64,000 nucleotides of DNA from Phoronis australis (GCA_002633005.1 NMRA01000814.1:35846-99845), one strand, 5' to 3'; shown: positions 1 through 14,596, counted from the stretch's first letter. Made by a program: numbers and translations. The notes: generated by a model not told the origin, from the letters alone.

Positions 1-19
1 AGTTCAGACAACGACTTAC

Positions 20-275
20 GGGACTGGATGTGACTCTCTCACTTGGTGAAGACTAGCAGTGATAGGGTCCTACAATATTTAGGAAGACTGGATATGACTC
101 TCTCATATTGTGAAGACTAGCAGGTAACCTACAACATTTAGGAACACTGGATGTGATTCTCTCACTTGGTGAAGACTAGCAGTGATAGGGTACCCTACAA
201 CATTTAGGAAGACCGGATGTGACTCTCTCACTTTGTGAAGATTAGCAGGGAAAGGGCAACCTACAACATTTAGTT
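20..275. repeat. Minisatellite, ~55-65-bp unit, ~4 copies
   Basis: Repeated ggatgtgactctctcacttggtgaagactagcag...cctacaacatttagg. Confidence 0.85.
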
Positions 276-1251
276 GTGATCTGGCCATGCGCGTGTTTCC
301 GATGCGATGGATGAGATTGAAGAGCTCTGGATAAACTTTCCAGTGGCGCTGTGAAGTGATGGATTTGATGAATTACATCGTGGTTGATAATTCATCAGTA
401 TTCCTACTTCACATACTTCGCAAACTGCAAGTACGCATTCATTTTCTGTATTCATAAGAAATGCTTTGGAGCCCACATTCACATCTGAGTAACAAACCCA
501 AACAGTTAAAGTTGATTAATATTCGAGTTTTGTTTTCAATATCATGGCTACGTACGCCATAGCGTCTGAACCGGCTGTTCTCATTTCCCTAATCGCGACT
601 TTTAAGTAACCTGACAAAATTTCTTCATAATATTCTCTAAAACGCGTCTAAAACGGTTGTAAACTGAAAAAAAAATCTTCAAGTCTTTCTCTGACTAAGT
701 GTTACTGTGCAAGTATGTGATGGAGTATAATCACTTATTGTTTAAAGCACGCACGTCTCGAAAGTTTGGCAGAGGGCAACGCTCAGTAATCCAGAAAGAG
801 AACTTTGTGGACCACAACGCAACCGAATTTGAGTCCCGCTCTTTGCGAGTAACCGTCATGGCGTCCTCATTCCTTGGATTATCCCAACCAATTCCATATA
901 ATTTCAGAAAAATGGAGCCGTCAAGTCATCACCTTCTATACAGATTTCCTTTCTGCCAGATTTAGCTGCTTCGGGGTGCTACAGAAAAGTTTGACGTTTG
1001 CAAAATACGGTCAAAAAGTCCACCGTTTAAAAAATTCGAACCACCCTCAGCGCAATGCTGCCTACGGTACTATTGCATAAACAGTCATTTTTTTATCATA
1101 AGTGTGTTTCGAAAAGACGGCTTTGTGAGCGTCTTTATCGAGTCCCTTGTACAATACTTCAGTGGAAAGTATAGTGCTCGAAAAACTTTTAATTTAGATG
1201 TTTTAGAAAAAGGACGGTGAAACTATCTTTTTAACCAGCAAGCAGAATTAG

Positions 1252-1258
1252 GTGTGTG

Positions 1259-1302
<44 letters not shown>

Positions 1303-1311
1303 AGTGTGTGT
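1252..1311. repeat. (GT)n microsatellite
   Basis: Read directly. Confidence 0.97.
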
Positions 1312-4300
1312 CCTTCCGTAATTGTTATTGTTCATTAAAAAGAACGGGTAAGCCGTCTCAAGATTTTGATGAAACAGCCATAGAAGAGCAATAATGCCCA
1401 ACAGATGGTGACACTGTCTTTAGGGACCATAGTCCGATTGTACACAACTTGGTCGGATCTCACTCGTTTTCCCGTAATAGAGAATTCTATGGTTGGTAGG
1501 GTCTATGAAGTAATCTGCAAACAGGTACATCCGGGTTAAAAGAATAACTCTTCCATGTCCTTATGAACAATTGTGCGTATCGGAACGGCTTGGATAACAA
1601 TAAACGTGAACTGAATAACTGAGCTCAGAGTGTCCAGTTATCGTTGTATTTATCCGTTAGATAGAAGGGTTTATAATGCATAGGTGATGATATGGCTGTG
1701 AAATAACTGTGTTATCATCCCGTGAAATACGTCAGAACTACTTGTCCGCATTTTCTTTGGAGAAGATATTCGTTATCATTTCCATAGAAAATAACCCTAG
1801 CAAAGTTAATAAGAATTTCGGTAGTTCTTGAAACCCATGTTTTATATATCACCTTGGAGTAATGCACATAGGGAGTGGAAACTTCAAACCCAACTTTCAA
1901 CGCTATTGTATTATGCTGCCTCGCTATTCAGGCTCACTCAGCGCACAGGCGCTTGGGTTTATCTGTTCCACAGGCGCTTGGGTTTATCGCAAATGACGTC
2001 ACTCAATAAAATATATAAGAAAACAAAGGTTGGACACTCGAAATCTGTTTGCTCAGAATTTTCTACTCAAATGTGCATGGAACTCCACGAAACTAGCATC
2101 GGACAACTCTTAGAATACTTTCTTTCATTCGATCTCTTCAAATTGCCTTCGAGTGGTGATTTGGCGACAAAAACGCCAAAAGAATGCCAAAATCACTAGT
2201 TCAAGGAAGTGATTCCGTGATGTCATGGCAGACGGTCTTCGCACATCCGGGTTTTTGACGGACGCTCCCTAGCTAAATCCGAAAGTCTAATTTCGCGCGG
2301 CTTTCATCGTCAATCCCTCGACTACTTGATCATGAGAAGCAGAGAGCACTTTATTGCCAAATAAATGTAATTACTCACATATTTGTGTCAAATATAAATT
2401 ATCCTGATACTGTATTGATATGCGAAGTTTTTTGTGTACTGTGATTTCTTATGAAGATTTTACTTTTGGCCAAAATCATTGAGGTAACTCGTCGGCCACG
2501 CGCATTGTAATACTTGCACGGACTGCGTTTCCTGGCCGAGTGTGTGTTGTGCTTCAATCAAAAATGTGCGTGATGTCAAGATGAGAAACAAGATACGCCA
2601 GTTTATGTAATAAAATTCTAACTTAAGGGCTAAAATGAGCCGTCAGTGGAATAAAGTTACAAATAATAATTAAAATACTAACTTTAACATTCTCAATTAG
2701 TTGAGTTTTTTAGTGGATTAGAATTATTGAATTTGAAATATTGGTTGCTTGCTCAAACTCGAAGTTTCACCTACGACAGGCGTACAAGTTTGAAGCACAA
2801 CTGAAATCCGCCATGTTTACTATTTCATGTCCTTGAATTCAGAGTTTTGAGATTGTTTTGGAAATTTCATCGCCAATTCACCACTCACGAAGACAGTTAA
2901 TGGGATCTAGGAAAGATAAGGCTTCGAAGGTTTATGCAACATCAGACTGAGGGAGGTGCACGCAGATTTTATTTGGATTTTGGACGGTTGAAGTTGGGAG
3001 CATCGGCTTGGCAAAGTTTAAGTGTCCAACCTTTATGTTTCTTATATATGGTTATGAGGGATCTGGAAATCCGAGCGCCTGTGACTCAGCGTAATAATCG
3101 GATTAATTTTACTCACTGCCAGAAACACAGCTTCGCACACGTCTGTCAGGCATGCGTGTCATCTGTAGTGTGTGATTTTAATTTATTTCTGTTTCTGTTG
3201 ACAAAAGACGTTATTACATCCGAAAATTTCAGTTGATCCATTCTTGTTGTTTTATTTACCTATTTGTAAAATGTAAAAAGTGTTGCATTTTACGTCATTG
3301 TTACATTTTATGTTGCTAGGCCTCTCCTAAGATGTAGTTTCTTGGTATGGTCAAAAATGTACCGTGTACAGTTTCAACTCCAGACGAAAGGAGTTTCCAG
3401 GATCAGGTACAAAGTTTTTATTCTTTTACAGGGCGTTCTTGCATTCTTTTGTTGGCGCTCACAGGTCATAAACCAAATGTGTATCCGACGTCACACTTCC
3501 CTTGGTAAGCACAACAAAAACAATGACATCGCATTTTGGCAACATTTATTGTATTTCTTCGGGAACAAAGGACAATAACAATTTTTGACGGAAAATTCAA
3601 TTTCGGAAGCCAGTTTGATAGAAAAAACACCCGTTTAAGTCCACTATAGTTTGATTTATTTCAGCCAGTGTTTTATTGCCTTGGAGTCATCGCAAGTGCT
3701 CCACAAAAAAGGAGCAAAATGATGCCTAGGGGTTCTGACTTCCACCTTCGTTACGAATGACAATTTCTTAAAGACATTGTGATGGAAGGAAAAAGGCACG
3801 TCAGGTTGGCAGATTTTGAGTGCAACAGCAAAAGAGCGCCTTTAAGAAGGGCGGCGCGACAATAGTTTAAAAAGTAGCGACATAGTAACGTGTTTGAAAC
3901 AGCTTACAAGCTGAAAGAAATATCATTGTTCCTGTGAGGTCAAACCCTCTGAAACAGTGATGGTAACAACAGATCAAACCGTGACGTGTATATGTGAAAA
4001 TGGGAGGCCTAGCTGGGGAAATAAGAATTATTTTGACACTCTGAAACGATATGATCGTTTTTCTCAAACGGGGTCTAGGTCGACAGTTTAAAGGAACAAC
4101 AGTCCGAATAAAGCTGACTGTAGGCCTTTCGGAATACTAAAACATGCACTTACTCTTTCTATTATCTTTTAAGATAAAATATCAATTAGAATTGCTATTT
4201 GGTCAATGTTCGTTAGTCCGAACCATATATAAATAAAGACAGAGATTGGGCATTCTAATGAACGCGAAGTCACGTGTCTCATGAGGCGCCATTTTTGTTG

Positions 4301-5939
4301 CAGCTCGCTGTCAACAACACGCGCGGTTGTAGGCAGGTGAGGGAATTTGGTATATTAACCCTTTTGCTACATCGCATAAAAATCGCACATTAAACATCGC
4401 TGACTTCGACGTTGGCCGTTTTTGTTCCGTACAACCAACTTTCAGTGAAACCTAGTTCAAATTACTCAGTTAAATCACCGTGTTCTAAGAATATTGGGGC
4501 CCATTACACAAAAAATGTTGCCTGATTTGTATGTCCGCTATCTCTCCATGGGAGACTAGCCGAGATATACAACAGGTGTCATGCTATATGAGTGGTGAAG
4601 ACTTCTGTCGTCTTTCCTGAGATACAGAGGCACATGCAAAAGGTACCCGCTCATCCAAAACCTTTACGACAAACAGATGGCGCTGGATGCAATCATGCTT
4701 TACTAACAGGTAGCGCTGCTCACAGTCATTTGACATTTTTGTTTGAACTGAATCTTGGCCCAGCACAGCTGCTCACGTCACATCGCCGTTGTGACATGAT
4801 GAGCTCAATTCTTCACTCTTTGTTTATACTGTCAGCTGTTATTAATCATGGCCACCAATATGTTTATAGTGCATGGTTCAGTTCGTTAAATAGATATTAT
4901 CTAAGTTGAAACCACTCTCTTTTGCCTTAGTGTTGATAGAACATAAAATATTACAGACGTTTCCACTTGGTGAACTATCAGCTGCTGTGCCACGGCCAGT
5001 CCGGTCTGCTGGACTGTTGTTGGCTAACACTAGACACTGAATGAAAAAGAAAATATCGCAAGAGAATAAAACCTAACATGTATATCACCATGTATAATTC
5101 AAGCATAATTTAAAAAATATAGTGGTTATATGTCAACCTAATTAAAATTATGGTTGTTGAGTGCTTGCCAAAATCATCTCGCCGGGCGGAAAAGTCACGT
5201 GGCCGGGCCCGGTTTAGTAGCCACCTTAAAAGCTGGTGTGGTGGCAACAGGCTCATGCTTCCCAAAGGATTGCAACATTGTAGGCTGCAAATTGTAAGAT
5301 AAATTTCACCCCACACACTTAGGTTTAGTTTGGCACAAACTTCTGACAGAAAAATACCCGAAAGAATGTTTAATGTCAACACTGGGGGAATTATGTAACA
5401 GCTAAAGGTGAATTATCAAAGCTTTTTATGCATTTTTGACCGAAAGGGTTAATTTTGGCATAGTGAAATGATTTATTATATGGAGTTTATCGGGTGAACG
5501 TTCAAGTACTGACCAATAAGTTCGCTCAAGAACTTGACGATTGAAGAACAAAAATCGGTTTATTTGACCAACTGATATGTCGCCTCACCATGTCGGTGGT
5601 CACAGTGACGTTCATTGAATATATATTTTACCCCAGCGTTTAGGCCAACGGAGCAACCACAAAGCGTAGATTATTTGACCACTTTCATCTTAATTATATG
5701 TTATAAATAGTTATTACAAAAGGGCCGGGTTTTAAACATGGAATGTCGGACACAAAGATTTCTTTTCCACACAAATTCGCCACTCATCAGGACATACACT
5801 GTCTGGCAGTCTTATTTGAGATCCTTAGCGATAAAATGACACGTGATTGATGAGAAGCGCCATCTGTTTGCCGTAAAGGTTTTGGATGAGCGGGTACCTT
5901 TTGCGAGGCACATGTCTCGGTTGGACAGGGACAGTTATC

Positions 5940-6190
5940 TGTTTTGCAACCAGTTGAATTTAACAGGCACCCCCAGGGGTCCGACCTCAGTCTGTTGCTA
6001 TTCCTATGTCAACGACTTTCCAATTCACCCAAGAGACAAAGTCCAGATATTCCATTTCGCAGACGATCTCGGGTTCTGGTTAAGTGACAAACAAGAGACA
6101 GGTGTCTACAGCACGCCTCCAGCGGGCACTGTCAAAACTGGAGGACAGGTGCTCCATCTGGCGCATCAAACTCAGTGTCGCAAAATCACA
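5940..6190 (+). pseudogene. LINE reverse-transcriptase fragment (second copy of the family at 8380-8610)
   Basis: GTPQGS..., VNDFPIHPRDKVQIFHFADDLGFW; near-duplicate of 8380-8610. Confidence 0.85.
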
Positions 6191-7670
6191 CGGGGCGAGA
6201 GGTAAACGGCAAACTTTAAAAGAGTATCTTGCCGATGAAAAACCAGACGCAGTATCCATGAACGAAATCTGACTGTCCGACACCATCACATTTACCATAC
6301 CTGGTTACACGTACTTTGTCCGGAGAGATCGTTCTGACCGCTCGGGCGGCGGAGTTGGCATTCTAGTCGGGCAAGGAGTGGACTTCACTCCCATAGACAC
6401 AACTATGCTCAGAGCGAAAGTATTGATAGTAGAATGCCGCATCAACAGCAAAACTGCTTTCATCGTGTCGATCTACAACCCTCCGGGGACAACAGTATAG
6501 ACAAGTACCTGTAGTCAGGCAATTCACGAACTCGTACAAATAATGCATATTTGTGGGCGATTTCAACTCCAAGCATCTGTTATTCCGAAACAGAAACAAG
6601 ATACTTTTCCACTCCGTGGGAAACCCAAATCTTCATCTAGCAAACGACACTTACCATCAATGGACTGTCGCAGAGCGCCAGATCCAGTACCGCGAAGTCC
6701 CAGTTTACTTCATATTCATCACCCCTCTTTACTTAGCACAGTGCATAGATGCGAGGTTAGGGCGACCTCGTGAGTGACCACCTAGCGGTACACCTCAAAC
6801 TAGACCACGCCAGCGGCCGGCTTAACTCCCACTCACAAGTTTACAAACGATCATTCAAGAATTGACAACAATTTAAGCGATGTGGAGATTAATGTACGGA
6901 GAGCGTACTCCAGCAAATATTGGCCATGCCTCTCAAGCGGTAAACAATGCTATAAACAACACATTGGATGAAAACTGTACCACTGTGAAGATACGTCCAT
7001 TAACATGGCGGTGATCAGCAGACATGATGATGCTCATCCGACTCAAACGCAAAATCAGGCGTAAGACTCAGGTCTACCCTGACAACCCGATCAACTGGAA
7101 CATCTTTAATGTTCTGAAAAGACGCGTCGAGAACGCTGTCAAATAGGAAAAAAGGCAACCGTACATGAAGTTCTCTATGCGAGTCACTAAATGTGAAAGG
7201 AGGCACAGGCTTTTAATTTAGCTGGCCTTTAAGAGGATTACAGGCACGGGCACTCGCAACCGCCAGAGTGCAAAACCACTGATTTGTGACAACAAAGCTG
7301 CCTCATCCGACCCAGACAAGGCCACTGTATTTGCGAAAATTCTAGAGAAAACTCACACAATGCACGATGGCCCGATCTTCTGCAATATGACAAAACGCCT
7401 CGTGGACCACGCATTGGTCCGAAAAGCAAACCTATTCAAGACCATTAACATAATTACGCAAGAACGAGGAGATGATCACGAAATGCTTGCTGAAACAACG
7501 CCAATTGAGATTAAATGAAAGAAAAACAGCAGCCCAGGAAGCCATTCCATCTCCTACGACGTTCTGACACAGTGTCCGCTATCTCGATGGGAGACTAGCC
7601 GAGATATCCAACAGGAGTCTTGCTATAGGCCACTTTCCCAAACTGTTGAAACGTGCACTGGGTGTCATGA

Positions 7671-7979
7671 CAGTGGCGGATTTAGGGGGGCAAGGGGGCC
7701 ATGCCCCTCAGTAAAATTCTACCAGATACCGTTTGGCAGTTCGGGTGCGAATTGCTGACAAGCACATGCGCGCGGGGGGCTAGCGGTGTGAATAAACGAT
7801 GCATAGGCCCTGAACAAACTCCGTTTACGGTTTTTTTGTCTTTAGTCAAAAGGTCCGGAAACCCAAAAATTCGACACCCCCGCATCTCTATATTTTAGGC
7901 TGGGCGCGCGCATCTGCCGAAATTCTGGTTATTCCTGTGTGCTGGCTCCCCCTAACTCAAAATCCTGGATCTCCCCCTG
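7671..7979. mobile_element. MITE with CAG...CTG ends and 5-bp TSD (hAT5-like)
   Basis: cagtggcggatttagg ... cctggatctccccctg, flanked by catga on both sides; removing it restores the LINE frame GVMIPKPDK. Confidence 0.85.
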
Positions 7980-9178
7980 CATGATACCCAAACCAGACAA
8001 AGACCACTCTAACCCGGCCAACTACCACCCAATCATTCCGCTATAATGCACTGGCAAAACATTTGAACGCATTCTCACTAACAGAATCAATTGGATTCCA
8101 AAGGCTTCTTTAAGTGCTGGCAGAGGGCCTATGAAAAAAACGTGAAGGAACCGAACGCATCCATAGACTGATAACAGAAGGCAAAGCCGCTTTAGGCAAC
8201 CACTTTTGCGCGGGCGCCATAATGGTAGACTCGGACGTGGAGAAAGCATTTAATGGCATGAAAGCATCAGATACAAACTCACCAATATGGATCTAGCAGA
8301 CAAAATGGTTAGACTCTTGTCATATTCGGAGAGACAAACACTGACAATTAACCTATTTCGCAACGGCTGTGAAACTGAAGGCCGGCACCCCCGAGGGGTC
8401 CGTCCTCAGTCCGTTGCTATTCCTGTCAATGACCTACCAGTTCACCCCAGAGACAAGATCCAGATATCCCAGTTCGCCGACGATCTTGGGTTCTAGACAC
8501 TGACAAACAATTGACAGTTGTCCAAGCACGCCTCCATCGGGCATTATCAAGACTTGAGGACTGGTACTCCATCTGGTGCATCAAACTCAATGCCGCAAAA
8601 TCACAGGTTATCCTGTTCCACCGCAAACACAAACTGTGACCATTCAATCCCTAATTATTTGATGTCAGGCTCACATCAGAAGCAGAGGCCACTCTTCTAG
8701 GGGGTAACCCTAGATCAAAGACTGGCATTACGATCCCACGTCGCACGCGTGTGTGACCGTGCCACAAGGGCACAGGGCTGGGGACTAGGAGCGACCCCTA
8801 CTGTTACTTTACAAAATGTTTATCAGGCCCCTATATGAGTATGATCCGATGGATATCTCAACCTGTGTCCCTTCTACAATCGAAAAATACAGAGAATTCT
8901 GGGCGCTGATTGCTCTCGGGCACTGAGCATGCGCGTACCCAACCCAAAATATAGGGGCTCGAATTCTGCGGTATGCGGACCTTCTGCTGAAAACAAAAAA
9001 ATAAAATGGGGCCACTAGGTTCAGATCTGCCAATCGTGCATCCGCGCCGAATTCCTGTGCACTTTGTGGACTTTTGTCTCGTTTACTCGGACTTTTCGTT
9101 TCACTGAGGCGGACCTTTTTGCTCAATTCGTGATTATCTGGACTGAGATCTATCAGCAGTTCCGTTTTGTCGAATCAT

Positions 9179-9570
9179 CTACGTTTCGGCATAAGGTTGT
9201 GGGTCGAACATGGAAAACTGGAGACCATTAACCATGCTAAACAGCGAGCTGGAGGTAGTCTCTAATAGCAAGAAAGGTCGTTTGTCTGTTACTATCTGAT
9301 TCCTTTCGCTGAATCCTCGCTCACATTCCGCTATGGTACTGCAAGGAAGAGCCTTAATGCAGAGGTCCAGTTGCCGCTGAGCACTTGATAGGTTGTCTTC
9401 TTTAACCGTCTCCTCCATTTTTGCGAACTCACGCAACCAACCGAAACCGATCGCAAATACGCCTGACTTAGTGCTCGCCATGTTTTTTTCCCTGAATCCC
9501 ATCGGGGACCACGTTACGGGGTCCAAGATGCCCAAGATTACAGCAAAATGACTGCTCATCATTGTCAAGT
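9179..9570 (-). pseudogene. hAT transposase C-terminal dimerisation-domain remnant (KIAA1586/ZNF862-like), in an insertion spanning ~8890-9948
   Basis: LPCSTIAECERGFSERNQIVTDKR...LFSMVNG...FDPQPY fits the hATC P.S.A.CERGFS motif; insertion ends not precisely resolved. Confidence 0.8.
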
Positions 9571-11907
9571 CAACTACGCTACTCTAACTTCGCAACAACT
9601 TTTTGAATAAATTGTCCAGGACTTATGGTCAATGACGCGCGCTGTAATATTTGGAAACAATGCTGTCGTCAGCGTAACAGCGCATTGATACCGTAAGCTA
9701 TTGCATCAAGACCACGCCCAACTATGCCGTCAGCCTCTTGGCGCTTTCTGGGTTATGTATATTCATTGTATTCTGAAGATTTCGTAATAAACATTAAAAA
9801 AAACTGTGAGGAAGCGCTACGTTAAGATGTAAAAAGATGATTGGCTGCGCCTACGTCACACTGTATCTTAACTAACGGTAAGTAGGCGCTACATTTAAAT
9901 GCCAAAAGGTGTTTGGCTGCACCTACGTGCGCTTAAGCGCTCCACTGATCAGCACTGCCTGACATAAAGTCAACCAAGGACCGAATAGCTTTCAGTGACA
10001 AGCCTGTAGACCAAGAGCACCTAAGGGTTCTGGACGTACTCAACTGGTAACAAAATGTCCCGACGGGACAGTATAAAGACAACCACTGAGGACAAGCGTG
10101 CATCATTACTGTTGCCATGTAGCTGGCTTCATGAGAGTCAAACCATATCCAAGAAGCCAACGACGCTGTTGCAATTCAGCCAGCGTCTCGCCTATTACAA
10201 AGAAGAAGAATATCATCGCCTTCCAGCCACGTCCACACCAAATACATACAGCGAGGACAGAATGGCGAGATCGTCCGATCTTGGGAAGCTGGTCTGGGGG
10301 CTTCACTCTGTTCTACTCTCTTCTCAAACTTCGCATTCTGCCGAGTCTCGTTCCTATCAGCAAGGAATCCCAACTAAACTAACTAGCTGTTTGGGTCTTT
10401 TTTGTTATTTGAACTTTAACTTTTTTAACATGTTTTTGCTTACATATCCTTTGGGTTATTTGTGAAAGCAGAGATGACAACGGAAGCTAATGGTGAGTTG
10501 TAAGTCTGTAGATTTGTATTTTGTATTTAGCGCATAATAAACTCACTATATTTGTCTACTTCTCTCTTGTTTCACTCTCTATAAGTTGTCACCATGGTTC
10601 TCTCGCATGCGATACGAACGAGTGAAAAAGTACACAACGCTCCAATATTTTTATCGGCTACGAACACTCGACATTTTAGATACTAGGCAGATCGGTGCTG
10701 GTCGCTCCACCTACTCCCGTTACACATATATATAACCTACGGAAGTGGGCCTTTGTTAAGATTAACCCAAGTTAATTGAGCTATTTTGCAATATTTAAAA
10801 TGTACCAAATCAAAACCATACTTTCGACTCATTTCAGGCTGTAACTCTGTATAAATGCCAGAGAAAAATAATTTCGGTGTAATAACAACCACCACTGTTG
10901 AGAAAGTAGTGCTGGCGATTAACCGCCATTTCCGTTTCCTTAGCTGAATGAAGGGAGTTCTGAATAGGCATAAAAAAGTTGCCTGGGGGCAAACGGAATC
11001 ACAGCGGTGACCATGCCGTGCAAGCGAGAAAGTCACCACATGGCTTAATTAACGGGTTGAATTAGTTCTTAAATGATCTCTTATTGAACGCGCATTTTTG
11101 CATAATTAATCAACGCGTAGTTTTACTTAATCACGGGGTTGAATTAAGTATTCACCGTGTCCAATAAAATACAAGTTTACATGCAGTCTTTGTAACGTCA
11201 TCATTTACGTGGTCACTTGTTAAGAATCTGACATTCTTCACGAAAAATTGCCTTGCCCCTATCTAGAGATTTGATAGCACGGGCGTGATCATTGGAAAAT
11301 ATGAGCTTATGATTAAAGTACACGCGTTCAACGCGCAGAACCCTTTGGCGCTTCATACTCAAGCACACGGTCGGTAGCAGATAGTTATCTCGAGTTTGTA
11401 TAACTACAAATAACAAACAATAAAAACGTTTATTACAAAACTCATTGGGCCATTGGCCCACAGTTCATTATATTAATATACAAACGGTATACTCTCGCCC
11501 GAGTCATCCGAAATATTCATAATTTCACTCTTAATTGCCATTGCTCGTTGAATGAAGGATGCTGTAATTCTTAAAACATACATAGAATCTGAACCTAAGT
11601 GTGCTTTAACGTTTCTATTTCTAAAAATACATTGTGGCAATAGATATTTCCATAAGTCTGCAAGGACGGGACAATCAAATGAAAAGTGTATCTGTGTTTC
11701 AATTTCATCGGTTTTGCAAGCTTTCCAAATTCTTTCCAGTCGAGGTACATGTTTTTTCTACCCATCTCGATGGTGCGTCGAACACCTCAAATTTGCCATT
11801 GTAAATACCTGATTTAAAGAGTTTGTATAACGTACGAGGAGAACCGAAAATGTCAAAAATATATTCGAGTAAAAAGGTTAGACCTCTTAGGTGTGTTTCA
11901 TGAAAAG

Positions 11908-12138
11908 TGTCTTACGCTGCAGCTATACAATTTGGTCTTACGCTGCGGCTATACAACTTAGTCTTACGCTGCGGCTATACAATTTGGTCTTATGCTGCGG
12001 CTATACAATTTGGTCTTACGTTACGGCTATACAATTTGGTCTTACGCTGCGGCTATACAATTTGGTAGTACGCTGCGGCTATACAATTTGGTCTTACGTT
12101 GCGGCTATACAATTTGGTCTTACGCTGCGGCTATACAA
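11908..12138. repeat. Minisatellite, 26-bp unit, ~9 copies
   Basis: ggtcttacgctgcggctatacaattt repeated. Confidence 0.95.
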
Positions 12139-13688
12139 ATTTCTGAAAAAGGTTAGCTGTAACTTGAAGTGCCAGTACTGGGGTTACGTACACGGCTCAC
12201 CGGGCGCGAGAGGATTTCATAGAAATTATCTCAAGAACTAGCAGTTACGTTTTTATTCTCAAAGGATTTATATTTTTGCTCAAGTAAGATTTGATTATTT
12301 TTCAAAAATAGTTGAGACCAAGTTTCTGACTTAAGCCTAAGTCTTAAGTCACTTTTCACAAAACAGGCCCTTGTTTGACCGTGAGGCGAGTTGTGACCAT
12401 GACGCATTTTTACCTCGTTGCCCAACGTAGTATTGCTGTGCGTGAACTTGGAATCCTGCTTAATTTCAAGATTAAGCGGAAGTGAGTGTTGCGTGAACTT
12501 GGAATTGAATATTCTTTAAGGCAAAAAGGTGAAGTTTTTGTTCGGGGAAAAGAATTCTTGTAATAGACCGGGATCCCAGAGCTTTTTTGGACATGAAAAG
12601 GTAACCATTTTTCTTTGGTGCCACAGTGCTCTATGAGTATCCTGATTTTGGAAATGGCAGTCTGGCAGGTTCGCTCTGGTGGGTGTGGTCAGGGGAGCCA
12701 AGAAAATGACACTCAAAAATTTAGCTAGATCAACTTTTCTGGTAAGCACTTCAAACTGCCTTAGATGCCTACTACGTAATACACTGTATCAAAATTGACC
12801 AATGCCAGACAATTTCAGTGGTGGGGAGTATCCGCCAGGCGGTTATAAACAAGGTAAACAAATTGAGCTAGATCAACCTAAGAGGTTACCGCTTAAAACC
12901 AGCTCCAAAATATTCACCGTAAGCCCAGGTATCACGAATAAACACTGCCAGACAATTCTAGTGGTGGGTTAGCCCTGCCAGACACCCCCACATACCTGAG
13001 TTGAGCTATATCAACCCAAGAGGTAACCGCATGAAACCAGTTTCAAAATATTCGCCATAAGCCCAGGTATCAAGAATAAATACTGCCAGACAAAGCTAGT
13101 GGTGGGTTATCCTCGCCAGACACGCTCAAGTACCTCAGTTGAGCTAGATCACCCCGCCAGTTAACCGTTTGAAACCAATCGCCCGATGTTCAACACCACC
13201 GCACGTGGCGCAACAGTAAGTTGCCCCCATCAGACAAATAAAGAGTCGAAACAAAGTTGATTATAAGCCCATTCACGCTGAATAAGCATCACATTCAGGA
13301 ACCAGGCAATTCGATTTTCAGTAAAGCCACTGAGTCCGTACGACATAGGTCACCACACAAGGTGAAAGATTTTTGTCCGACAGTATACGTCAGGGCATGA
13401 AAACCAGAGACATCGCGCCTGAGGTTGCAGCGACCCCACAAGGCCATGCGAAAACAGCGGAATACTCCACATGATATTCACTATTAAAAACGAGATCTAA
13501 AAACCCTTCAAAGACGGATAGCACATTGTGTTCGATTTTTAGTTGTCCTATTTTACCAGTCTAAACTGCGTCCCTCTGTTTTCGGACGAGTCGTTTGATG
13601 CAACTGCTAAAAGGAATAATAATCGAAATGTCTTATGCTGTCGTCTGCGTTATGTACGCACCAACTACTTTCATTTCACACTGTGATT

Positions 13689-13887
13689 AATGGCAAATTT
13701 GGCAAAAACTGATTAGTTGTGGGCAATCTCCATCTTTCTCATAAACCGAGCCCATAGAGAACTTCAGAGATGCGTCAAGAATAATGACGTCAGTGGCTAT
13801 ATCAACATTTTCCCGACTATGCTAGATGTATTATTTGCCCTGAACCGCCCAAACTACGTCAGATGGGGAACATTGTTTTACCATTAG
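13689..13887 (+). pseudogene. Transposase remnant, Academ-type motif
   Basis: GKFGK/T..LWAI...INRAHRELQRCVKNNDVSGYINIFPTMLDVLFALNRPNYVRWGTLF resembles, from memory, the TAQFW...FALNRPNYARW block of Academ transposases; contains a frameshift and a stop. Confidence 0.65.
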
Positions 13888-14194
13888 ACACCGGACAATT
13901 GATATCTTGTTGAATAGACAAAATACGTCGTCGCGCTAAGCCTTATTACTGCTAATTTCCCTGGTGCAAGTCTTCGACAGGTGGCCACAAATTCCCAAAA
14001 GACCTAAGGTTACTATATTCGTGGACAATTGTGGTCAACAGGGTCAACTAACTGACAAAAAGTGTGTGGATGCTGAAGCCCCGTGTGTGCTCTATGTCTA
14101 TGACTATGCAGTTCCATTCGGAGACTACACAACATTACTTGGTAAGTTTTTAGCAATCAGTTTCTATCAACATCGTTCGGTGATGTTATCCCCA

Positions 14195-14596
14195 NNNNNN
14201 NNNNNNNNNNNNNNNNNNNNNNNNNNNNNNNNNNNNNNNNNNNNNNNNNNNNNNNNNNNNNNNNNNNNNNNNNNNNNNNNNNNNNNNNNNNNNNNNNNNN
14301 NNNNNNNNNNNNNNNNNNNNNNNNNNNNNNNNNNNNNNNNNNNNNNNNNNNNNNNNNNNNNNNNNNNNNNNNNNNNNNNNNNNNNNNNNNNNNNNNNNNN
14401 NNNNNNNNNNNNNNNNNNNNNNNNNNNNNNNNNNNNNNNNNNNNNNNNNNNNNNNNNNNNNNNNNNNNNNNNNNNNNNNNNNNNNNNNNNNNNNNNNNNN
14501 NNNNNNNNNNNNNNNNNNNNNNNNNNNNNNNNNNNNNNNNNNNNNNNNNNNNNNNNNNNNNNNNNNNNNNNNNNNNNNNNNNNNNNNNNNNNNNNN
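14195..14596. other. Assembly gap (N run)
   Basis: Ns. Confidence 1.

Larger units (their letters stand above)
6195..10545 (+). mobile_element. Decayed non-LTR retrotransposon ORF2 (APE endonuclease + RT, jockey/I-group-like), interrupted by two DNA elements
   Basis: EN motifs PDAVSMNE, IPGY, RDRSDRSGGGVGILV, YNP, GDFNSKH (6195-6600); RT motifs IPKPDKDHSNPANYHPI, GSVLSPLLF, QFADDLGF, LYKMFIRPLYEY (7980-8880); many frameshifts and stops. 3' end approximate. Confidence 0.88.

Noticed and set aside
730-860. Similarity to 17310-17424
   Set aside because: Short diverged dispersed-repeat fragment with no definable ends; not classifiable.
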